From an uncultured Holophagales bacterium (GTDB lineage Bacteria > Acidobacteriota > Thermoanaerobaculia > Multivoradales > UBA5704), in the NCBI GenBank assembly GCA_963842525.1, contig CAWJGT010000009.1:1088001-1152000 (forward strand): DNA of 64,000 bases, in the 5' to 3' direction. Both the position numbers and the translations under genes were made by a program. Of the stretch, positions 54,851 through 64,000 are shown piece after piece. The notes beneath the pieces are model-generated. The model saw nothing but the letters and a program-made list of their open reading frames with translations. It was not told where the DNA came from and made no database searches. How positions within the stretch are numbered: the first letter of the stretch is position 1; every line of letters starts with the position of its first letter.

Positions 54851-57384
54851 TCACTGGCTGAACGTGGCGGTGCAGGTTCTGGCGGCATCGACCGTCACGT
54901 ACGCCACGAAGGGGAGCTCCGCATCGGCCACGCAATCGCCGCGCCACCCGGCGAAGACGGAGTCCGCGCGTGCCGTGAGCCTCACCTGGATCCCTGTCGT
55001 GTAGGAGGCGCTGCAAACGCCTGGACAGTTGATGCCCGCGGGCGAGCTGGTCACCGTGCCGCCGCCCGTGCCGGCGAGGTCGACGGTGAGCGTCGAGGTC
55101 TCCTGCGGCAGCAGGTTGAAGATGGCCACACAGCTCACGTTTCCCCCGCCGTCGAGGAAGCCGTCGAGGCAGTCGCCGCTGCCGCTCCAGCCGGCGAATT
55201 GCGAGCCGGGATCCGCGGCCGGGATGAGCTCGACGCGCTGGAAGGCCGGGAACGTGGCCTGGCATACGGTGCCGCAGTCGATGCCCGCCGGGGAGCTGCA
55301 CCACCGTGCCGTTGCCGGATCCGGAGACGCTCACCGAAACCGTGACGTCGCCGGCCGGCGGCGTGTCCAGGTCGAACGTGGCGATGCAGCTCTTGTCGGC
55401 GTCCGGCGTGAGCTGGCCGTCGGCGCAGTCGGCGTCCCCCGACCAGCCGGCGAAGACCGAGCCCTCGTCCGGGACCGCGAACAGGAAGATCGAGCCCGCG
55501 GAGCCGAAGCCGGCGGAGCAGACGATGCCGCAGTCGATCCCCTCCGGCTGGCTGGAGACCTGGCCGCTGCCGGCGCCCTGCCTGGTGACCGTCACTCGCA
55601 CGCTGACTGGACGCACGGTGATGGAGACCATGCCGGTGGCGCAGCCCGTGCTGACGCAGGCGTCGAAGGTGAAGCTGTCGGCGCCGCTGAACCCCGCGGC
55701 CGGCGTATAGGTGACGAGCTGTGCGTTCGGGTCGCCCGCGACAGGAGTCAGCGGTCCGAGCGTGCCATGGGCCGGCGGCGTCGCGATCGAGATCTGCACC
55801 GTCTCTTCCAGGGTCGTCGAGCCGCGCAGTGTGATGTCGAGGGCCGTTCCCTGATCGGTGGTCACCGATTGGTTGACGGCTTCGACGTCGGCGCTGCCGC
55901 TCTCGTCGCTGACGTTGACCGTCACCACGGCCGTCGCCGTGCCGCCGCTGGCGTCCTCCACCTGGAAGGTGAAGGAGTCGGTGCCGGTGAAGCCCTCGGC
56001 CGGCGAGTAGGTGGTCCTGGCGCTGGTGTCGGACAGGGTGGTGGGCGGATCGGTCACGGTACCGTGCTCCGGTCCGGCGGTGATCGAGAAGGTGAGGGGC
56101 AGATTTTCAGGGTCTGCGCTGCCGGTGAGGGTGATCACCACCGGCGTGTCGAGGAGCGTTGCCACCGTCTGCGCATCGGCGAAGGTGCCCCCCAGTTGCT
56201 CGAGGATCGTGATGTTGACTGAAGCGGTGTCGCACAGCGGCGGCACGGCGTCGTCACAGGCCTCATAGACGAACGCATCGCTCGTTCCCGCGCTGCCGTC
56301 GTGGGTGTAGGTGAACGTGCCGTCGGCATGCAGCACGACCGTGCCGTGGCTGGGGCCGGAGACCGGGGACGTGGTCACCGTCAAGGGGTCCAGGTCCGGA
56401 TCGCTGTCGTTGGCCAGCAGGCTCGCCTCCTCCGAGTCGAGCACCGAGACCGCACCCCTCTCCGCGACCGTGGCGGCATCGTCCACCGCCAGCGGCGGAT
56501 GATTGAAGAATGCGCTCGCCAACGTTACCTGCACGTTGATCCCGACGTCCACGTCACGGCCCAGGAAAGCGCCGGTCGCCACGGTGCCCTGGCGCAGCCA
56601 CAGCGTGCCGTTGGGCACGTAGAAGTTGGCGCGCACCGTGCTGCTGATCCCGAGGTGAGCCGCCTTGGGAGTCGCGCCGAGGTTTCCCGTGCTGCCGTTG
56701 ATGCCCGCCACGTAGAAAATGACGTCGGCGGCCGTCAGCCCGGCGGCGGGATCCGGACCGACGAAGCTGTCCTGCTCGACGCGGAGCTTCCCGGCCACCC
56801 GCACCGTCGCGGGCGCGAGGAAGACGAAGGTCACCGAGGGCCCGGTATCGATCTCCCGCAGGTTGTATACGCCGCCGGTGAAGCGGACGATCCCGCCGGA
56901 GCGGACGTCGAGGAGCCCATAGTCCCCGGCCTGGAGATCGAGCATCTCGTCCTGGCCCACCAGCACATCGGGCCCCTCCGACGGACCGGTGAAAAAGCGC
57001 GGCAGAGTCGTAAAGACCGGCAATCCCAGCGGTGTGCAGGTGACGCTGCCGCTGCCGTCGTCGAGGTCGTTGCAGAAGACGTCTCCGCCGGCCACGGCGC
57101 TCTGTCTCACCCGGATGCTGTCGGCTTTGAGCGCATAGCCGGCCGGAGTGTGCACACCCAGACCGACCGTCAGCTCCTTCTGGGAAGCTCAGGGTGGGAC
57201 CCGGGCTCGCGGCGTTGACGATCACATCTCCGCTCAACACCTCCGAGCCTTGTTCGAGGAAAACACTATTGGTTGCGAAAATCACGGCTCGCGGAAAATC
57301 TGGGGAGAGTGCCGCCTCGGCGGGAGCGGCGCTGAGGAGCGCGAGAATCAAGAGCAGGGCGCTTGACAGGGTGGGCCTGTGCAT
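54851..57384 (-). CDS. Large exported surface protein: beta-solenoid-like N-terminus, cadherin/Big-like repeats, InlB-B-like repeats; 2 frameshifts (~57190, ~55300)
   Basis: Signal peptide; LLANDSDPD, GTDSFTF repeats; three GxGxVxSxPxGIxC...FAGWxG repeats. Confidence 0.8.
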
Positions 57385-57606
57385 CGCGGGTCTCCTTTCT
57401 CGGGAACGTTGGTCAACCTGGACATCACGAAATCTCCGACCGGGGCCGTGGGAAGCCACCGTATTCGAAGAAAAAGAGATAAAAAGACAGCGGACCGATC
57501 CGTCCCGCCGGGCAGCGTGAGCTTCGGTACCTTGGCCGGTCAATACCTCATGTATCACAGGTGGGGCGGTCTGTCCAACCCGAATCTGCTTTTTGTCTTC
57601 TCTTTG

Positions 57607-58917
57607 TCAACCCGCCGCCGCGTTCTTCCGCACGTGCTCGGCCGTGCCGTAGCGGTCGAGATAGATGCCCTCACGGAGCTGGGTAAAGGCCTCGTACAGA
57701 TCGGCGATGTCGTCCTGGCTGAGGTCGGGGAGGGTGAGGATCGACTCGCGGTGGTTGGCCGGCCGATCTAGGTAATCCTCTGGCAGATAACCCCGGTCGA
57801 GGCAGAGCTGGAAGAGGTGGGTGCCGGGATAGGGATAGAAGACGAAATAGCCGAAGTCGTCGGCCGGCAGCTCCGCGGCGAGAGTCAGGGTCTCCAGGGC
57901 CTCGTCCCGCGTTTCGCCCGGCAGGCCCATCATGTAGTTGGCCGTGACCAGCATGCCGGCGTCCTTGGTCCACTGGAAGACGTCCGCGAAGCGCTGGTTG
58001 GTCACCGGCCGGCGCAGCACCTCCCGGCGCAGCCGCTCGCTGCCGCTCTCGACGCCATAGACCACGTGCCGGCAGCCTGCTTCGGCGAGGAGTTGGAGGA
58101 GCCCCTCGTCGACCGTCTCCACCCGGGCATGGATGGAGAAGGGGACGCGCAGCTCTGGGCCGTAGCGGTGGCAGAATTCCTCGACCCACGGGCGCTGGAT
58201 CGTGAATGTGTCGTCCAGGAAGATCACATACGACAGACCGCCCGACGCGGCGAGCCCATGAAGCTCGGCCAGCACACTCTCGTGCGAGCGCCGCCTGCCA
58301 TAGCGGCCGACGTCCTGGTACAGCTCGTTGTAGTTGCGGGCCGCACAGTAGGTGCAGGGGAAGGGGCACCCCCGCTGCGTCGTCATGTGGACGACCCCGG
58401 ACGGCTCGTCCAGCAGGTCGCGGGCCAGAAACGGCAGATCGTCGAGCGGCTCGAAAGGCGGCCGCAGCACCGGCCGGCCGCCTCCCCGCACCTGGAGGTT
58501 GTCGATCTGCCCCGGCCGGATTTCTGCACCTGCATCGAGAGCCGCGAGCAGATCGCGGAAAGTCTCTTCTCCTTCGCCGAGGCAGACATAGTCGAACCCC
58601 GGGCTCCCCAGGACCTCCTCCGCCGAGAAGGTCGGATGAAGCCCGCCGGCCACGACCGGGACGTCGATCTCTTCCCGGATCTCCCGCACCAGCCTTTGCG
58701 CCCGTTTCCACTGCCGGGTGGTCAGCGACAGGGCCAGCAGGTCCGGAGGCCATTCTCCGATCCCGGCGACCACCTCGGCCGCAGTCGTGCCCACCGGCAC
58801 CCGCAGCATCTCCACCTCGTGCCCGAGCGGGCGGACGAACGCGGCGAGAAACGCCGGCCCCATGGACGCGGTGGCCCACTCGCTGTCGGTCTCGAGCTCG
58901 AGGAAGAGGGCTCTCAT
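57607..58917 (-). CDS. Cobalamin-binding radical SAM enzyme
   Basis: GGLHPT, GEGE, RGCPFPCTYC, FLDDTF, GVESGS. Confidence 0.93.
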   Translation of the reverse strand: MRALFLELETDSEWATASMGPAFLAAFVRPLGHEVEMLRVPVGTTAAEVVAGIGEWPPDLLALSLTTRQWKRAQRLVREIREEIDVPVVAGGLHPTFSAEEVLGSPGFDYVCLGEGEETFRDLLAALDAGAEIRPGQIDNLQVRGGGRPVLRPPFEPLDDLPFLARDLLDEPSGVVHMTTQRGCPFPCTYCAARNYNELYQDVGRYGRRRSHESVLAELHGLAASGGLSYVIFLDDTFTIQRPWVEEFCHRYGPELRVPFSIHARVETVDEGLLQLLAEAGCRHVVYGVESGSERLRREVLRRPVTNQRFADVFQWTKDAGMLVTANYMMGLPGETRDEALETLTLAAELPADDFGYFVFYPYPGTHLFQLCLDRGYLPEDYLDRPANHRESILTLPDLSQDDIADLYEAFTQLREGIYLDRYGTAEHVRKNAAAG

Positions 58918-58928
58918 GCCCATCATCT

Positions 58929-59585
58929 TCACTTTATGGCGCTGCGGCGCAACCTTTCGGCCAGAGAGTCCCGGAAGCTCTCCAACTGGTCTGAGGTGAG
59001 GGGCTCCAGCATCGCGGGCAAGGGGCGTGTCGGAAACTGAGCGAGGAGCCACGCCAGCACACCCGGATCGATTCCAGAGTCCTTGCGCAAAGCGATTTCG
59101 AGGTCGTTCTCGGGAGGAAATCCGGCCTGATCGAGGAAATAGAGGTCGACGAGATCACGAGGCTCGGAGCGCGAGAGGATACAAGTCAGCTTGCTCGCTC
59201 GCAGGTCGGTGAGCGATTCGATGACAATCCCTTCGACCGGCGGCGGTGGAGCCGCAATGTCGGCGACGGGCTCGTGGACCACATCGACCTCAACGCTGTT
59301 TCCGTCCCGAGCCTGGAGTTGCGCACGCACGAGGTGACCCACGTCGCGCAGCAGGGTGACAGCGATTCCGGCATCTGCTCCCGCCCCGGGGAGAAACCCG
59401 ACGAGAGCCCGCATGTCCTCGGCGTCATGGACGAAAAGATCGATGTCTCCGGTCATCCGATGGCCAAGATACACCCCGGCAAGAGCCGCACCGCCACCCA
59501 GGTGGCAGGGGATACGCATCTGGCACACACGCACAAAGTCGAGGACGAAATCCGGGACGACCCGACGATCAAAGGTCTTACGCAT
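58929..59585 (-). CDS. AbiEii/AbiGii-type nucleotidyltransferase toxin
   Basis: LGGGAALAGVYLGHRMTGDIDLF, K...R.EPRDLVDLY. Confidence 0.9.
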   Translation of the reverse strand: MRKTFDRRVVPDFVLDFVRVCQMRIPCHLGGGAALAGVYLGHRMTGDIDLFVHDAEDMRALVGFLPGAGADAGIAVTLLRDVGHLVRAQLQARDGNSVEVDVVHEPVADIAAPPPPVEGIVIESLTDLRASKLTCILSRSEPRDLVDLYFLDQAGFPPENDLEIALRKDSGIDPGVLAWLLAQFPTRPLPAMLEPLTSDQLESFRDSLAERLRRSAIK

Positions 59586-59591
59586 CAGGTC

Positions 59592-59945
59592 TTACGCATC
59601 ACCTGCCCGGATTTGTCGTAGTGGCGGCCACTCGGGCGGCGGGAGCTTCAGCAGCCAAGCCCACATCTGTCGTGAGCGCCCCAGATACCGGATCAGGCGT
59701 GGCCAGAGTGCCCGGATTTCGTCGGGAGTGACGAAAAGCCAGACATCCCGGGTGTTGGCCTCCCGCAGGAGGGCACCCATCCAGTAGGCGCGCTCTTCCG
59801 GATCGGACGAGACGAGGTGCTCTTTAAGCTGGCCGACTGTAGCGGTCGTCCACCAAAGAAAGTACGGCCGCGCCTTATCGTCCAGGAGAGAATCCGTGGT
59901 CGGTGGCAGGCGGCCTGCCGGCAGGGTGAGATTCGTGCTACTCAT
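59592..59945 (-). CDS. Probable antitoxin partner of the AbiEii-like gene
   Basis: PYFLWW...LLREANTRDVWLF...LGRSRQMWAWL; 6 bp upstream of the toxin. Confidence 0.7.
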   Translation of the reverse strand: MSSTNLTLPAGRLPPTTDSLLDDKARPYFLWWTTATVGQLKEHLVSSDPEERAYWMGALLREANTRDVWLFVTPDEIRALWPRLIRYLGRSRQMWAWLLKLPPPEWPPLRQIRAGDA

Positions 59946-60024
59946 CGCAATGTATTCCAGGAAGTACCCTACACGAGCAGTGGCAAGAAACCCAGCCGAT
60001 CCCCCCCTTTGTGAAAAGGGCCTT

Positions 60025-60661
60025 TGTCGCAAAGCCCCGCCAGACACCTCCTCTCCGGCGCCATTTGTCGCACCGTTCCTCTACAAGGTCGCACTGCCTG
60101 CGCCCATTGCGACGTTGTTCGCAGGCAACGTTGCACTGTCTTGAGTCAATGCCGCAATGGGCGCGCACAATGTTGCATTGCGCGGAGGCAGTGCAACATT
60201 GGTCCGTGTCAGATAGGGGTGGGTGGATCTCGGGAAGCCTCAGCCAGCCGAGATCGTCGCACGGATCGCTCTCCTCTCCGGACCGCTCACCCTGAACATC
60301 GCACAAGGGCTCGGTAAAGTCGCTTTGTCTGGACGTAATGCGACATTATCCAACTTCTTTGTCGCGCTGATCTCGCGGATGGTGGCGTTGGGCGGTCAGA
60401 TTGTCGCAATTGTTGGTGGCTCTGCGACATTGCTCTGCAAATTCCTCCCTTAGGAAGGAGCCGCTGTCTTGCGGAACGGTGGCAATGTCGCAATAGACGC
60501 GAACAATGAGAGGGTGTCAGACGAAGCACCGTCTCTTGCGGCCTCTTTGCAGAGAGCCGCGGGAGGAATGCGACATTGCATGAGCTAAGTGCGACATTCA
60601 GTGCGGGCAAGGCTTTATTGTCGCACGGCAATGTCGAGATGATGGGGGGTAGTGCGACATT
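60025..60661. repeat. Degenerate 21-bp-period array with quasi-palindromic core TGTCGCA / TGCGACA
   Basis: Cores at 60066, 60087, 60108, 60129, 60150, 60171, 60192, 60255, 60297, 60318, 60339, 60360, 60402, 60423, 60486; after a 1-bp slip at 60569, 60590, 60632, 60653. Confidence 0.85.
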
Positions 60662-60867
60662 GACGGGAGGCGGAATGGGGGCGAGCCTGTCCATTGCAGA
60701 GATGCTGGCGCAATTGGAGACGAAGATCGCGCACACCGCCATGGCCGACGCGAGCGGATGAACCCGGCGTGCCCTCAGAAGCGGCAACGATGTCAGGCTT
60801 CCCCGGACAGGCTCGCGCGCTGTCATGGAGACGGCGCGGCGGGTCCCTCAGAGAGGAGAAGCCTCAA

Positions 60868-61146
60868 ATGTCCCAGATCCCCCGCTGGACCGCTGCCGCC
60901 CTGGCCGTCCTGTTCCTGACCACAGGTGCTGCTCAGGCCCTCCCGGCCTCTCCGCCGCCCGCCGCACCCGAGCCCGCCGGCTGGCTCGACACCCTCCTGG
61001 CTTGGCTCACCGGCTACCCCAACGGCGTTACCGGCGACGAGGGCTGGGGCATGGGCCCCAACGGTATCGCCGGCGACGAAGGTTGGGGGATGGACCCCAA
61101 CGGCCTCACCAGCGACGAGGGTGTGGAGATGGACCCCAACGGCTGA
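60868..61146 (+). CDS. Secreted peptide precursor with three 13-aa DEGxxMxPNG repeats
   Basis: SD GAGGAG; signal peptide ending AQA; 39-bp tandem repeats 61018-61143; protein ends in MDPNG. Confidence 0.8.
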   Translation: MSQIPRWTAAALAVLFLTTGAAQALPASPPPAAPEPAGWLDTLLAWLTGYPNGVTGDEGWGMGPNGIAGDEGWGMDPNGLTSDEGVEMDPNG

Positions 61147-61175
61147 ATGGCCGGCAGCGCTGACAGGCACCACCT

Positions 61176-61216
61176 GGAGGGGCTCCGGACGCCGGTTCCG
61201 GCTTCCGGCGCCCTTC
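61176..61216 (+). terminator. GC-rich hairpin after the peptide gene
   Basis: GAGGGC..CCGGA..GCCGG / CCGGC..TCCGG..GCCCTTC interrupted inverted repeat. Confidence 0.45.
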
Positions 61217-61291
61217 GCCCATTCTCCCTCTTGCGGTCTTCCTTGTCGCGGGTATACGATCCTCCAAGTACGATACACGGAAGCCGAGATC

Positions 61292-61528
61292 ATGGACGAC
61301 TTCGATGAGCCCTATACCGGCATCCTGGAGCGGCTGCGGCCCGTGCTGGAACGGATCTTCGCCGCCTACGGGATCTCCGAAGCCCAGGCCCAAGACATGT
61401 TGGAGAGCGCCAGCCGTCTCCTTCTCCTGCTGCGGGTGCCGGTGGAGGAGGCGGAGAGCTGGCTGGTCCGGACCCTCGTCGAAAGGTGCCAGATGCTCTC
61501 GGGCGTCCAGAGAGGAGGCCGGCGGTGA
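61292..61528 (+). CDS. Small protein resembling a stand-alone ECF sigma region 2
   Basis: LRPVLERIFAAYGISEAQAQDML...AESWLVRTLVERC; GTGA coupling to the next gene. Confidence 0.6.
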   Translation: MDDFDEPYTGILERLRPVLERIFAAYGISEAQAQDMLESASRLLLLLRVPVEEAESWLVRTLVERCQMLSGVQRGGRR

Positions 61529-62850
61529 AGCTGCATCCGAGCGACGACATGCTGGAAGGACTGCTGGGAGCGTTGGGGAGCGTGGACCGGGAGCTGCTCT
61601 GGCACGTGGTGGAGTGCGAGCCCTGCCGCGAGCGGCTGTCGCAGTTGCCCCGGCCCGAGCCGGCCGAGCGGGAGGAGCCGGAGGAGCCTTCCTACGAAAA
61701 GGCCTTCGAAACGGCCCTGGGCCGGCTCCACGAGCAGGCGCGCGTCCTCCAGCGGGAGCGCAAGGAGGCCCTCGGCCTCTTCGTCGAGCTGCGGGAACGG
61801 CGGAGCGAGTCAGCGGAGATCGTCCAGCAGGACACCCGTTTCCACACCTGGGCCGTCTTCGAGCTGCTGATCGACCGCAGCGGCGAGACGGGGGCCCAGG
61901 ACCCCGAAGCCGGGGAAGAGCTGGCGCGGCTGGCCCTTCTCGTCGCCGACCGGCTGGACCCGGTCCACTATCCGGCCGTCCTCATCGAGGATCTACGGGC
62001 GCGCGCCTGGGGCTACCTCGGCAACGCCCGCCGCGTAGCCTCGGACCTCGGAGGAGCAGAAGAAGCCATGGACACTGCTCGCGAGCACCTCGAAAGGGGC
62101 ACGGGAGAGCCGATCGAGCAGGCGATCCACCTCGATCTCAAGGCCTCGTTGCGCAGAGGCCAGCGCCGGTTCGAGGAAGCCCTGGAGCTCGTGGATCAGG
62201 CCGTGGCGATCTTCCTGGAAAACGGCGCGCGGCACCGGGCGGGGCGTTCCCTGGTAAACCGCTCACTCGTGCACAACTATTTCGGTCAAAACGAGGGAGC
62301 CAACGAGGCGTTGCGCAAGGCGATCGGTTTGATCGATCCGGAGCGGGAGCCGCGGCTGTTGCTCTGCGCTCGGCATAACCTGACCGGTTACACCGCCGAG
62401 ACTGGCCGCTTTCAGGAGGCCCTCGAGCTCTACCACGAGACGCGCCCGCTCTACCGCGATTTCGTGGATGCCTGGACCCAGAACCGCCGCAAGTGGCTCA
62501 AGGGCAAGATCGACCACGGCCTGGGCCGGCTGGCTGCGGCCGAGTCGTTGTTCCGCGCCGCCCGCGACGGTTTCATGACCGAAGGCATCCCCTATGACAC
62601 CGCGCTGGTGTCCCTCGACCTCGCCCGTCTTTACGCCGAGCAGGGGCGGACCGCCGAGCTGAAGAGTCTGGCCGGAGAGCTGGTACCGCTCTTCGCCTCC
62701 CGCCACATCCACCGCGAAGCCCTGGCCGCCCTGGCGCTCCTCCGTCAGGCGCTGGCTACGGAGACAGCGAATCTCGACCTCGCCGTCCGGGTCGGCGCCT
62801 ACCTCCGGAAAGCCGAAAACGATCCGGAGCTGCGGTTCAGGGAAGGGTGA
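61525..62850 (+). CDS. ZAS-type zinc finger + TPR protein
   Basis: HPS...HVVECEPC (HxxxCxxC) followed by TPR-like helices; no TM segment. Confidence 0.8.
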   Translation: MKLHPSDDMLEGLLGALGSVDRELLWHVVECEPCRERLSQLPRPEPAEREEPEEPSYEKAFETALGRLHEQARVLQRERKEALGLFVELRERRSESAEIVQQDTRFHTWAVFELLIDRSGETGAQDPEAGEELARLALLVADRLDPVHYPAVLIEDLRARAWGYLGNARRVASDLGGAEEAMDTAREHLERGTGEPIEQAIHLDLKASLRRGQRRFEEALELVDQAVAIFLENGARHRAGRSLVNRSLVHNYFGQNEGANEALRKAIGLIDPEREPRLLLCARHNLTGYTAETGRFQEALELYHETRPLYRDFVDAWTQNRRKWLKGKIDHGLGRLAAAESLFRAARDGFMTEGIPYDTALVSLDLARLYAEQGRTAELKSLAGELVPLFASRHIHREALAALALLRQALATETANLDLAVRVGAYLRKAENDPELRFREG

Positions 62851-62914
62851 ACGGGCGGCGCCCCCGCGGCGAGCCGGAGGCGTCCATTGATCGCCTTGGA
62901 GAGCACCGTCGCGG

Positions 62915-63058
62915 TTAGCCGCAGCGGTGCGAAACCGTGGGGCAGACGCTGTCATCCGACCATGCGCCGGCGGCCGCCTCGAGAAGCTCCTTGTTGTCGA
63001 GTTGGCGGAGCGTCTCCTTCGCGAGCTCGAGCTTCTTGACGGCTTTTGCCTTTTTCAT
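62915..63058 (-). CDS. Lanthipeptide/RiPP-like precursor peptide (47 aa; not in the ORF track)
   Basis: MKKAKAVKKLELAKETLRQLDNKELLEAAAG-AWSDDSVCPTVSHRCG; SD GAAAGGA. Confidence 0.75.
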   Translation of the reverse strand: MKKAKAVKKLELAKETLRQLDNKELLEAAAGAWSDDSVCPTVSHRCG

Positions 63059-63109
63059 GATGCTCTTCCTTTCGTCCTAGCAATTCTTCCGCTCCCCACT
63101 TGGGACAGG

Positions 63110-63345
63110 ACACCAGAAGAGTACGTAGAAACCAGGTCCGAGGCATGACCCGACAGCTCATCCGGCAGGAACGGTGCGCTGCTGGCCTGTGGGCAGGGAT
63201 CGCTTGTAGGGAGAAGGAACACGGCGTTACCGGTGCGCCAGGTTGTCGACACCGCCGGTGGTGACGTCGACCTCGAAATCGCCGTTTGGAGCAATGGAGG
63301 TGCACGGCGCCACAAGAGTTGGCTTTACGAACCAGTCCAACCCTA
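63110..63345 (-). pseudogene. Possible remnant of a secreted-protein domain
   Basis: WFVKPTLVAPCTSIAPNGDFEVDVTTGGVD then, after a frameshift, AVFLLP...LPDEL; reads like protein but has no start. Confidence 0.3.
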
Positions 63346-63361
63346 CGCGCGCAGGGACACC

Positions 63362-64000
63362 TCATAGCTCAAGAGCTACCTGCGCGGATTCCGGGCGGAT
63401 CAACAGCTTTCTGGCGATCATATCGGCTGTGACGCTGAACCAGCGTTCACGGGATGTCGGGCGACCAGGGCCGAGGGTGACGATGGACGTACGACCATCG
63501 ATCGTCACCGATTCGACGGTCACCGCAATGGTGCCGCCAGGCAAGTCTACGGCGATGTCCCGATCCCATTCGAGGAGCCTTCCTCCAAGGTCGATTCGGT
63601 GCTCCTTTGCAACATCGCGATACTCAGTCCACCAAACGTCCACGCCCAAGGCGCCGCGGGCGTCCTTGCTGATGGTTTGGCCTAATACACGGACGCACTG
63701 GCCGTGATTGATGGTCTCGCCGCGCAACTGGAAACCCGCGGCGCTCTTCTCGAAGACTCCGTGGAAGCGAGAATCTGAGCCGCTGAAAGCGACGCTCGTC
63801 CTGACCGATTCAGGATCGATGGACCATCCTGAGGTCGCGTTGACGTTCCAATTGTGGCTCTGCCTTCCCTGGCAGTGATCGTTGTGATGGTGAAAGTCCT
63901 GCTTTCTCTCAACGGTCTCGCGCTCCATGGTTGTGTAAACAGCGCCGACCCGAAGAGTTCCGAATTTGCGCGGGATCGTGAAGACGCTAAGCTGGTAGGC
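63362..64000 (-). CDS. Hypothetical protein, 5' end outside the window
   Basis: The frame stays open upstream of the listed Met through to position 64000. Confidence 0.65.
   Translation of the reverse strand, partial: AYQLSVFTIPRKFGTLRVGAVYTTMERETVERKQDFHHHNDHCQGRQSHNWNVNATSGWSIDPESVRTSVAFSGSDSRFHGVFEKSAAGFQLRGETINHGQCVRVLGQTISKDARGALGVDVWWTEYRDVAKEHRIDLGGRLLEWDRDIAVDLPGGTIAVTVESVTIDGRTSIVTLGPGRPTSRERWFSVTADMIARKLLIRPESAQVALEL

Noticed and set aside
57607-58917. B12 radical SAM as the maturase of the nearby peptides
   Set aside because: It has no RRE or SPASM features, and it is separated from the peptides by a TA pair and an array; no sequence support for a link.
60025-60661. CRISPR or TIGR array interpretation of the 21-bp arrays
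   Set aside because: Repeats are too short and degenerate, orientation is mixed, the period is 21 bp, and no cas or Nop-domain gene is recognisable in the window.
61018-61143. 39-bp repeats as a mini-CRISPR
   Set aside because: They are in-frame coding repeats with no unique spacers.

Overview
High-GC bacterial window. Several small gene families suggest Acidobacteriota, class Thermoanaerobaculia (inference only). 1-29.8 kb is a molybdenum-hydroxylase hub: a partial CoxL/CutL-like L-M-coxD-coxE cluster, then a redox island (di-haem RoxA/bCcP-like lipoprotein, GMC oxidoreductase, pentahaem cytochrome c, outer-membrane beta-barrel, Tat-exported IorAB-like Mo enzyme, catalase-like protein), xdhC and mocA, and a complete form I aerobic CO dehydrogenase operon (xdhC-YHS, coxD, E, G, M, S, L; AYRCSFR motif). 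30-64 kb is accessory: an Mrr-like nuclease/NB-ARC/WD40 protein, a CHAT/STAND/TPR protein, many toxin-antitoxin modules, an M12B protease, a PQQ dehydrogenase, a frameshifted MacAB-like ABC exporter, yiaA, msrA, an Ig-repeat surface protein and a B12 radical SAM enzyme. The best candidates for undescribed systems are: (i) a secreted DPNG-repeat peptide + stand-alone sigma-region-2 protein + ZAS/TPR protein trio (60.9-62.9 kb); (ii) two degenerate arrays whose core motif recurs every 21 bp in both orientations, each beside a small helical gene (one with a wHTH-like end, one a truncated remnant); (iii) a DUF3800 gene facing a convergent ~60-nt structured sRNA with a candidate promoter and U-tail; (iv) the cytochrome/porin/Mo-enzyme island; (v) TA-type cargo flanked twice by duplicated gene 3' ends. 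Two short peptide genes were also found (lanthipeptide-like, and 8-Cys secreted). Many frameshifts and scrambled fragments may be assembly artefacts. No rRNA, tRNA, CRISPR array or transposase was recognised. All calls come from motifs read by eye, without database searches.
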